Positions 38,036-50,299 of a DNA stretch of 64,000 bases are shown piece by piece. A program made the translations under genes and the position numbers. This DNA comes from Auanema rhodensis (Eukaryota; Animalia; Nematoda): assembly GCA_964057225.1 (NCBI GenBank), contig OZ059895.1, positions 3,720,001 to 3,784,000 on the forward strand. The letters are read 5' to 3'. The notes under the pieces are model-generated. The model saw nothing but the letters and a program-made list of their open reading frames with translations. It had not been told where the DNA came from and made no database searches. The first letter of the stretch is position 1; each line of letters starts with the position of its first letter.

Positions 38036-41000
38036 ACTAATCAGACATGGATCTTTCCTAGTTCTGTTGCTTGAATGGATGTTTTCCTACGTAGGCTAGT
38101 AAAACATGCCCTTCAAAGCATCAGAACATGTGATCACATTCCAATTTTTTTGTATCTATCTTGTAAAGATAGTAATATATCATATGTTGAACACTATGTT
38201 GGAAAGATTTTAATTCAGATTTTTTCAACTTTCACTCAGTTTGTTTTCTAAACTTTGATTAAGAACCTTGTTGTTTGTACACCCATAAATTTTACGCAGC
38301 ACAGGTTACCCTTAAATAATGAACTGACCGACTAATCAGACATGGATCTTTCCTAGTTCTGTTGCTTGAATGGATGTTTTCCTACGTAGGCTAGTAAAAC
38401 ATGCCCTTCAAAGCATCAGAACATGTGATCACATTCCAATTTTTTTGTATCTATCTTGTAAAGATAGTAATATATCATATGTTGAACACTATGTTGGAAA
38501 GATTTTAATTCAGATTTTCTAACTTTTATTCAGTTTGTTTTTTAAACTTTGATTAAGAACTTTGATTTTTGTACACCCATAAATTATACGCAGCACAGGT
38601 TACCCTTAAATAATGAACTGACCGACTAATCAGACATGGATCTTTCCTAGTTCTGTTGCTTGAATGGATGTTTTCCTACGTAGGCTAGTAAAACATGCCC
38701 TTCAAAGCATCAGAACATGTGATCACATTCCAATTTTTTTGTATCTATCTTGTAAAGATAGTAATATATCATATGTTGAACACTATGTTGGAAAGATTTT
38801 AATTCAGATTTTCTAACTTTTATTCAGTTTGTTTTTTAAACTTTGATTAAGAACTTTGATTTTTGTACACCCATAAATTATACGCAGCACAGGTTACTCT
38901 TAATTAATGAACTGACCGACTAATCAGACATGGATCTTTCCAAGTTCTGTTGCTTGAATGGATGTTTTCCTACGTAGGCTAGTAAAACATGCCCTTCAAA
39001 GCATCAGAACATGTGATCACATTCCAATTTTTTTGTATCTATCTTGTAAAGATAGTAATATATCATATGTTGAACACTATGTTGGAAAGATTTTAATTCA
39101 GATTTTCGAACTTTTATTCAGTTTGTTTTTTAAACTTTGATTAAGAACTTTGATTTTTGTACACCCATAAATTATACGCAGCACAGGTTACTCTTAATTA
39201 ATGAACTGACCGACTAATCAGACATGGATCTTTCCAAGTTCTGTTGCTTGAACGGATGTTTTCCTACGTAGGCTAGTAAAACATGTCCTTCAAAGCATCA
39301 GAACATGTGACCACATTCCAATTTTTCTGTATCTATCTTGTAAAGATAGTAATAAACTTTGATTTTTGTACACCCATAAATTATACGCAGCACAGGTTAC
39401 CCTTAAATAATGAACTGACCGACTAATCAGACATGGATCTTTCCTAGTTCTGTTGCTTGAATGGATGTTTTCCTACGTAGGCTAGTGAAACATGCCCTTC
39501 AAAGCATCAGAACATGTGATCACATTCCAATTTTTTTGTATCTATCTTGTAAAGATAGTAATATATCATATGTTGAACACTATGTTGGAAAGATTTTAAT
39601 TCAGATTTTCTAACTTTTAATCAGTTTGTTTTTTAAACTTTGATTAAGAACTTTGATTTTTGTACACCCATAAATTATACGCAGCACAGGTTACCCTTAA
39701 ATAATGAACTGACCGACTAATCAGACATGGATCTTTCCTAGTTCTGTTGCTTGAATGGATGTTTTCCTACGTAGGCTAGTAAAACATGCCCTTCAAAGCA
39801 TCAGAACATGTGATCACATTCCAATTTTTTTGTATCTATCTTGTAAAGATAGTAATATATCATATGTTGAACACTATGTTGGAAAGATTTTAATTCAGAT
39901 TTTCTAACTTTTATTCAGTTTGTTTTTAAAACTTTGATTAAGAACTTTGATTTTTGTACACCCATAAATTATACGCAGCACAGGTTACCCTTAAATAATG
40001 AACTGACCGACTAATCAGACATGGATCTTTCCTAGTTCTGTTGCTTGAATGGATGTTTTCCTACGTAGGCTAGTAAAACATGCCCTTCAAAGCATCAGAA
40101 CATGTGATCACATTCCAATTTTTTGGTATCTATCTTGTAAAGATAGTAATAAACTTTGATTTTTGTACAACCATAAATTATACGCAGCACAGGTTACCCT
40201 TAAATAATGAACTGACCGACTAATCAAACATGGATCTTTCCTAGTTCTGTTGCTTGAACGGATGTTTTCCTACGTAGGCTAGTAAAACATGCCCTTCAAA
40301 GCATCAGAACATGTGACCACATTCCAATTTTTTTGTATCTATCTTGTAAAGATAGTAATAAACTTTGATTTTTGTACACCCATAAATTATACGCAGCACA
40401 GGTTACCCTTAAATAATGAACTGACCGACTAATCAGACATGGATCTTTCCTAGTTCTGTTGCTTGAATGGATGTTTTCCTACGTAGGCTAGTAAAACATG
40501 CCCTTCAAAGCATCAGAACATGTGATCACATTCCAATTTTTTTGTATCTATCTTGTAAAGATAGTAATATATCATATGTTGAACACTATGTTGGAAAGAT
40601 TTTAATTCAGATTTTCTAACTTTTATTCAGTTTGTTTTTTAAACTTTGATTAAGAACTTTGATTTTTGTTTACCCATAAATTATACGCAGCACAGGTTAC
40701 CCTTAAATAATGAACTGACCGACTAATCAGACATGGATCTTTCCTAGTTCTGTTGCTTGAATGGATGTTTTTCTACGTAGGCTAGTAAAACATGACCTTC
40801 AAAGCATCAGAACATGTGATCACATTCCAATATTTTTGTATCTATCTTGTAAAGATAGTAATATATCATATGTTGAACACTATGTTGGAAAGATTTTCAT
40901 TCAGATTTTTTAATTTTTATTCAGTTTGTTTTTTAAACTTTGATTAAGAACTTTGATTTTTGTTTACCCATAAATTATACGCAGCACAGGTTACCCTTAA

Positions 41001-44000
41001 ATAATGAACTGACCGACTAATCAGACATGGATCTTTCCTAGTTCTGTTGCTTGAATGGATGTTTTCCTACGTAGGCTAGTAAAACATGCCCTTCAAAGCA
41101 TCAGAACATGTGATCACATTCCAATTTTTTTGTATCTATCTTGTAAAGATAGTAATATATCATATGTTGAACACTATGTTGGAAAGATTTTAATTCAGAT
41201 TTTCGAACTTTTATTCAGTTTGTTTTTTAAACTTTGATTAAGAACTTTGATTTTTGTACACCCATAAATTATACGCAGCACAGGTTACCCTTAAATAATG
41301 AACTGACCGACTAATCAGACATGGATCTTTCCTAGTTCTGTTGCTTGAATGGATGTTTTCCTACGTAGGCTAGTAAAACATGCCCTTCAAAGCATCAGAA
41401 CATGTGATCACATTCCAATTTTTTTGTATCTATTTTGTAAAGATAGTAATAAACTTTGATTTTTGTACACCCATAAATTTTACGCAGCACAGGTTACCCT
41501 TAAATAATGAACTGACCGACTAATCAGACATGGATCTTTCCTAGTTCTGTTGCTTGAATGGATGTTTTCCTACGTAGGCTAGTAAAACATGCCCTTCAAA
41601 GCATCAGAACATGTGATCACATTCCAATTTTTTTGTATCTATCTTGTAAAGATAGTAATATATCATATGTTGAACACTATGTTGGAAAGATTTTAATTCA
41701 GATTTTCGAACTTTTATTCAGTTTGTTTTTTAAACTTTGATTAAGAACTTTGATTTTTGTACACCCATAAATTATACGCAGCACAGGTTACCCTTAATTA
41801 ATGAACTGACCGACTAATCAGACATGGATCTTTCCAAGTTCTGTTGCTTGAACGGATGTTTTCCTACGTAGGCTAGTAAAACATGCCCTTCAAAGCATCA
41901 GAACATGTGACCACATTCCAATTTTTTTGTATCTATCTTGTAAAGATAGTAATATATCATATGTTGAACACTATGTTGGAAAGATTTTAATTCAGATTTT
42001 CGAACTTTTATTCAGTTTGTTTTTTAAACTTTGATTAAGAACTTTGATTTTTGTACACCCATAAATTATACGCAGCACAGGTTACCCTTAAATAATGAAC
42101 TGACCGACTAATCAGACATGGATCTTTCCTAGTTCTGTTGCTTGAATGGATGTTTTCCTACGTAGGCTAGTAAAACATGCCCTTCAAAGCATCAGAACAT
42201 GTGATCACATTCCAATTTTTTTGTATCTATCTTGTAAAGATAGTAATAAACTTTGATTTTTGTACACCCATAAATTATACGCAGCACAGGTTACCCTTAA
42301 ATAATGAACTGACCGACTAATCAGACATGGATCTTTCCTAGTTCTGTTGCTTGAATGGATGTTTTCCTACGTAGGCTAGTAAAACATGCCCTTCAAAGCA
42401 TCAGAACATGTGATCACATTCCAATTTTTTTGTATCTATCTTGTAAAGATAGTAATAAACTTTGATTTTTGTACACCCATAAATTATACGCAGCACAGGT
42501 TACCCTTAAATAATGAACTGACCGACTAATCAGACATGGATCTTTCCTAGTTCTGTTGCTTGAATGGATGTTTTCCTACGTAGGCTAGTAAAACATGCCC
42601 TTCAAAGCATCAGAACATGTGATCACATTCCAATTTTTTTGTATCTATCTTGTAAAGATAGTAATAAACTTTGATTTTTGTACACCCATAAATTATACGC
42701 AGCACAGGTTACCCTTAAATAATGAACTGACCGACTAATCAGACATGGATCTTTCCTAGTTCTGTTGCTTGAATGGATGTTTTCCTACGTAGGCTAGTAA
42801 AACATGCCCTTCAAAGCATCAGAACATGTGATCACATTCCAATTTTTTTGTATCTATCTTGTAAAGATAGTAATATATCATATGTTGAACACTATGTTGG
42901 AAAGATTTTAATTCAGATTTTCTAACTTTTAATCAGTTTGTTTTTTAAACTTTGATTAAGAACTTTGATTTTTGTACACCCATAAATTATACGCAGCACA
43001 GGTTACCCTTAAATAATGAACTGACCGACTAATCAGACATGGATCTTTCCTAGTTCTGTTGCTTGAATGGATGTTTTCCTACGTAGGCTAGTAAAACATG
43101 CCCTTCAAAGCATCAGAACATGTGATCACATTCCAATTTTTTTGTATCTATCTTGTAAAGATAGTAATATATCATATGTTGAACACTATGTTGGAAAGAT
43201 TTTAATTCAGATTTTCTAACTTTTATTCAGTTTGTTTTTTAAACTTTGATTAAGAACTTTGATTTTTGTACACCCATAAATTATACGCAGCACAGGTTAC
43301 CCTTAAATAATGAACTGACCGACTAATCAGACATGGATCTTTCCTAGTTCTGTTGCTTGAATGGATGTTTTCCTACGTAGGCTAGTAAAACATGCCCTTA
43401 AAAGCATCAGAACATGTGATCACATTCCAATTTTTTTGTATCTATTTTGTAAAGATAGTAATAAACTTTGATTTTTGTACACCCATAAATTTTACGCAGC
43501 ACAGGTTACCCTTAAATAATGAACTGACCGACTAATCAGACATGGATCTTTCCTAGTTCTGTTGCTTGAATGGATGTTTTCCTACGTAGGCTAGTAAAAC
43601 ATGCCCTTCAAAACATCAGAACATGTGATCACATTCCAATTTTTTTGTATCTATCTTGTAAAGATAGTAATATATCATATGTTGAACACTATGTTGGAAA
43701 GATTTTAATTCAGATTTTCAAACTTTTATTCAGTTTGTTTTTTAAACTTTGATTAAGAACTTTGATTTTTGTACACCCATAAATTATACGCAGCACAGGT
43801 TACCCTTAATTAATGAACTGACCGACTAATCAGACATGGATCTTTCCAAGTTCTGTTGCTTGAACGGATGTTTTCCTACTTAGGCTAGTAAAACATGCCC
43901 TTCAAAGCATCAGAACATGTGACCACATTCCAATTTTTCTGTATCTATCTTGTAAAGATAGTAATAAACTTTGATTTTTGTACACCCATAAATTATACGC

Positions 44001-47000
44001 AGCACAGGTTACCCTTAAATAATGAACTGACCGACTAATCAGACATGGATCTTTCCTAGTTCTGTTGCTTGAATGGATGTTTTCCTACGTAGGCTAGTAA
44101 AACATGCCCTTCAAAGCATCAGAACATGTGATCACATTCCAATTTTTTTGTATCTATCTTGTAAAGATAGTAATATATCATATGTTGAACACTATGTTGG
44201 AAAGATTTTAATTCAGATTTTCAAACTTTTATTCAGTTTGTTTTTTAAACTTTGATTAAGAACTTTGATTTTTGTACACCCATAAATTATACGCAGCACA
44301 GGTTACCCTTAATTAATGAACTGACCGACTAATCAGACATGGATCTTTCCAAGTTCTGTTGCTTGAACGGATGTTTTCCTACTTAGGCTAGTAAAACATG
44401 CCCTTCAAAGCATCAGAACATGTGACCACATTCCAATTTTTCTGTATCTATCTTGTAAAGATAGTAATAAACTTTGATTTTTGTACACCCATAAATTATA
44501 CGCAGCACAGGTTACCCTCAAATAATGAACTGACCGACTAATCAGACATGGATCTTTCCTAGTTCTGTTGCTTGAATGGATGTTTTCCTACGTAGGCTAG
44601 TAAAACATGCCCTTCAAAGCATCAGAACATGTGATCACATTCCAATTTTTTTGTATCTATCTTGTAAAGATAGTAATAAACTTTGATTTTTGTACACCCA
44701 TAAATTATACGCAGCACAGGTTACCCTTAAATAATGAACTGACCGACTAATCAGACATGGATCTTTCCTAGTTCTGTTGCTTGAATGGATGTTTTCCTAC
44801 GTAGGCTAGTAAAACATGCCCTTCAAAGCATCAGAACATGTGATCACATTCCAATTTTTTTGTATCTATCTTGTAAAGATAGTAATATATCATATGTTGA
44901 ACACTATGTTGGAAAGATTTTAATTCAGATTTTCAAACTTTCATTCAGTTTGTTTTTTAAACTTTGATTAAGAACTTTGATTTTTGTACACCCATAAATT
45001 ATACGCAGCACAGGTTACCCTTAATTAATGAACTGACCGACTAATCAGACATGGATCTTTCCAAGTTCTGTTGCTTGAACGGATGTTTTCCTACTTAGGC
45101 TAGTAAAACATGCCCTTCAAAGCATCAGAACATGTGACCACATTCCAATTTTTCTGTATCTATCTTGTAAAGATAGTAATAAACTTTGATTTTTGTACAC
45201 CCATAAATTATACGCAACACAGGTTACCCTTAAATAATGAACTGACCGACTAATCAGACATGGATCTTTCCTAGTTCTGTTGCTTGAATGGATGTTTTCC
45301 TACGTAGGCTAGTAAAACATGCCCTTCAAAGCATCAGAACATGTGATCACATTCCAATTTTTTTGTATCTATCTTGTAAAGATAGTAATATATCATATGT
45401 TGAACACTATGTTGGAAAGATTTTAATTCAGATTTTCTAACTTTTAATCAGTTTGTTTTTTAAACTTTGATTAAGAACTTTGATTTTTGTACACCCATAA
45501 ATTATACGCAGCACAGGTTACCCTTAAATAATGAACTGACCGACTAATCAGACATGGATCTTTCCTAGTTCTGTTGCTTGAATGGATGTTTTCCTACGTA
45601 GGCTAGTAAAACATGCCCTTCAAAGCATCAGAACATGTGATCACATTCCAATTTTTTTGTATCTATCTTGTAAAGATAGTAATAAACTTTGATTTTTGTA
45701 CACCCATAAATTATACGCAGCACAGGTTACCCTTAAATAATGAACTGACCGACTAATCAGACATGGATCTTTCCTAGTTCTGTTGCTTGAATGGATGTTT
45801 TCCTACGTAGGCTAGTAAAACATGCCCTTCAAAGCATCAGAACATGTGATCACATTCCAATTTTTTTGTATCTATCTTGTAAAGATAGTAATATATCATA
45901 TGTTGAACACTATGTTGGAAAGATTTTAATTCAGATTTTCTAACTTTTATTCAGTTTGTTTTTTAAACTTTGATTAAGAACTTTGATTTTTGTACACCCA
46001 TAAATTATACGCAGCACAGGTTACCCTTAAATAATGAACTGACCGACTAATCAGACATGGATCTTTCCTAGTTCTGTTGCTTGAATGGATGTTTTCCTAC
46101 GTAGGCTAGTAAAACATGCCCTTCAAAGCATCAGAACATGTGATCACATTCCAATTTTTTTGTATCTATCTTGTAAAGATAGTAATAAACTTTGATTTTT
46201 GTACACCCATAAATTATACGCAGCACAGGTTACCCTTAAATAATGAACTGACCGACTAATCAGACATGGATCTTTCCTAGTTCTGTTGCTTGAATGGATG
46301 TTTTCCTACGTAGGCTAGTAAAACATGCCCTTCAAAGCATCAGAACATGTGATCACATTCCAATTTTTTTGTATCTATCTTGTAAAGATAGTAATATATC
46401 ATATGTTGAACACTATGTTGGAAAGATTTTAATTCAGATTTTCTAACTTTTATTCAGTTTGTTTTTTAAACTTTGATTAAGAACTTTGATTTTTGTACAC
46501 CCATAAATTATACGCAGCACAGGTTACCCTTAAATAATGAACTGACCGACTAATCAGACATGGATCTTTCCTAGTTCTGTTGCTTGAATGGATGTTTTCC
46601 TACGTATGCTAGTAAAACATGCCCTTCAAAGCATCAGAACATGTGACCACATTCCAATTTTTCTGTATCTATCTTGTAAAGATAGTAATAAACTTTGATT
46701 TTTGTACACCCATAAATTATACGCAGCACAGGTTACCCTTAAATAATGAACTGACCGACTAATCAGACATGGATCTTTCCTAGTTCTGTTGCTTGAATGG
46801 ATGTTTTCCTACGTAGGCTAGTAAAACATGCCCTTCAAAGCATCAGAACATGTGATCACATTCCAATTTTTTTGTATCTATCTTGTAAAGATAGTAATAT
46901 ATCATATGTTGAACACTATGTTGGAAAGATTTTAATTCAGATTTTCAAACTTTTATTCAGTTTGTTTTTTAAACTTTGATTAAGAACTTTGATTTTTGTA

Positions 47001-50000
47001 CACCCATAAATTATACGCAGCACAGGTTACCCTTAATTAATGAACTGACCGACTAATCAGACATGGATCTTTCCAAGTTCTGTTGCTTGAACGGATGTTT
47101 TCCTACTTAGGCTAGTAAAACATGCCCTTCAAAGCATCAGAACATGTGACCACATTCCAATTTTTCTGTATCTATCTTGTAAAGATAGTAATAAACTTTG
47201 ATTTTTGTACACCCATAAATTATACGCAGCACAGGTTACCCTCAAATAATGAACTGACCGACTAATCAGACATGGATCTTTCCTAGTTCTGTTGCTTGAA
47301 TGGATGTTTTCCTACGTAGGCTAGTAAAACATGCCCTTCAAAGCATCAGAACATGTGATCACATTCCAATTTTTTTGTATCTATCTTGTAAAGATAGTAA
47401 TAAACTTTGATTTTTGTACACCCATAAATTATACGCAGCACAGGTTACCCTTAAATAATGAACTGACCGACTAATCAGACATGGATCTTTCCTAGTTCTG
47501 TTGCTTGAATGGATGTTTTCCTACGTAGGCTAGTAAAACATGCCCTTCAAAGCATCAGAACATGTGATCACATTCCAATTTTTTTGTATCTATCTTGTAA
47601 AGATAGTAATATATCATATGTTGAACACTATGTTGGAAAGATTTTAATTCAGATTTTCTAACTTTTATTCAGTTTGTTTTTTAAACTTTGATTAAGAACT
47701 TTGATTTTTGTACACCCATAAATTATACGCAGCACAGGTTACCCTTAAATAATGAACTGACCGACTAATCAGACATGGATCTTTCCTAGTTCTGTTGCTT
47801 GAATGGATGTTTTCCTACGTAGGCTAGTAAAACATGCCCTTAAAAGCATCAGAACATGTGATCACATTCCAATTTTTTTGTATCTATTTTGTAAAGATAG
47901 TAATAAACTTTGATTTTTGTACACCCATAAATTTTACGCAGCACAGGTTACCCTTAAATAATGAACTGACCGACTAATCAGACATGGATCTTTCCTAGTT
48001 CTGTTGCTTGAATGGATGTTTTCCTACGTAGGCTAGTAAAACATGCCCTTCAAAGCATCAGAACATGTGATCACATTCCAATTTTTTTGTATCTATCTTG
48101 TAAAGATAGTAATATATCATATGTTGAACACTATGTTGGAAAGATTTTAATTCAGATTTTCAAACTTTTATTCAGTTTGTTTTTTAAACTTTGATTAAGA
48201 ACTTTGATTTTTGTACACCCATAAATTATACGCAGCACAGGTTACCCTTAATTAATGAACTGACCGACTAATCAGACATGGATCTTTCCAAGTTCTGTTG
48301 CTTGAACGGATGTTTTCCTACTTAGGCTAGTAAAACATGCCCTTCAAAGCATCAGAACATGTGACCACATTCCAATTTTTCTGTATCTATCTTGTAAAGA
48401 TAGTAATAAACTTTGATTTTTGTACACCCATAAATTATACGCAGCACAGGTTACCCTTAAATAATGAACTGACCGACTAATCAGACATGGATCTTTCCTA
48501 GTTCTGTTGCTTGAATGGATGTTTTCCTACGTAGGCTAGTAAAACATGCCCTTCAAAGCATCAGAACATGTGATCACATTCCAATTTTTTTGTATCTATC
48601 TTGTAAAGATAGTAATATATCATATGTTGAACACTATGTTGGAAAGATTTTAATTCAGATTTTCAAACTTTCATTCAGTTTGTTTTTTAAACTTTGATTA
48701 AGAACTTTGATTTTTGTACACCCATAAATTATACGCAGCACAGGTTACCCTTAATTAATGAACTGACCGACTAATCAGACATGGATCTTTCCAAGTTCTG
48801 TTGCTTGAACGGATGTTTTCCTACTTAGGCTAGTAAAACATGCCCTTCAAAGCATCAGAACATGTGACCACATTCCAATTTTTCTGTATCTATCTTGTAA
48901 AGATAGTAATAAACTTTGATTTTTGTACACCCATAAATTATACGCAACACAGGTTACCCTTAAATAATGAACTGACCGACTAATCAGACATGGATCTTTC
49001 CTAGTTCTGTTGCTTGAATGGATGTTTTCCTACGTAGGCTAGTAAAACATGCCCTTCAAAGCATCAGAACATGTGATCACATTCCAATTTTTTTGTATCT
49101 ATCTTGTAAAGATAGTAATATATCATATGTTGAACACTATGTTGGAAAGATTTTAATTCAGATTTTCTAACTTTTAATCAGTTTGTTTTTTAAACTTTGA
49201 TTAAGAACTTTGATTTTTGTACACCCATAAATTATACGCAGCACAGGTTACCCTTAAATAATGAACTGACCGACTAATCAGACATGGATCTTTCCTAGTT
49301 CTGTTGCTTGAATGGATGTTTTCCTACGTAGGCTAGTAAAACATGCCCTTCAAAGCATCAGAACATGTGATCACATTCCAATTTTTTTGTATCTATCTTG
49401 TAAAGATAGTAATAAACTTTGATTTTTGTACACCCATAAATTATACGCAGCACAGGTTACCCTTAAATAATGAACTGACCGACTAATCAGACATGGATCT
49501 TTCCTAGTTCTGTTGCTTGAATGGATGTTTTCCTACGTAGGCTAGTAAAACATGCCCTTCAAAGCATCAGAACATGTGATCACATTCCAATTTTTTTGTA
49601 TCTATCTTGTAAAGATAGTAATAAACTTTGATTTTTGTACACCCATAAATTATACGCAGCACAGGTTACCCTTAAATAATGAACTGACCGACTAATCAGA
49701 CATGGATCTTTCCTAGTTCTGTTGCTTGAATGGATGTTTTCCTACGTAGGCTAGTAAAACATGCCCTTCAAAGCATCAGAACATGTGATCACATTCCAAT
49801 TTTTTTGTATCTATCTTGTAAAGATAGTAATAAACTTTGATTTTTGTACACCCATAAATTTTACGCAGCACAGGTTACCCTTAAATAATGAACTGACCGA
49901 CTAATCAGACATGGATCTTTCCTAGTTCTGTTGCTTGAATGGATGTTTTCCTACGTAGGCTAGTAAAACATGCCCTTCAAAGCATCAGAACATGTGATCA

Positions 50001-50299
50001 CATTCCAATTTTTTTGTATCCATTTTGTAAAGATAGTAATAAACTTTGATTTTTGTACACCCATAAATTATACGCAGCACAGGTTACCCTTAAATAATGA
50101 ACTGACCGACTAATCAGACATGGATCTTTCCTAGTTCTGTTGCTTGAATGGATGTTTTCCTACGTAGGCTAGTAAAACATGCCCTTCAAAGCATCAGAAC
50201 ATGTGATCACATTCCAATTTTTTTGTATCTATCTTGTAAAGATAGTAATATATCATATGTTGAACACTATGTTGGAAAGATTTTAATTCAGATTTTCTA

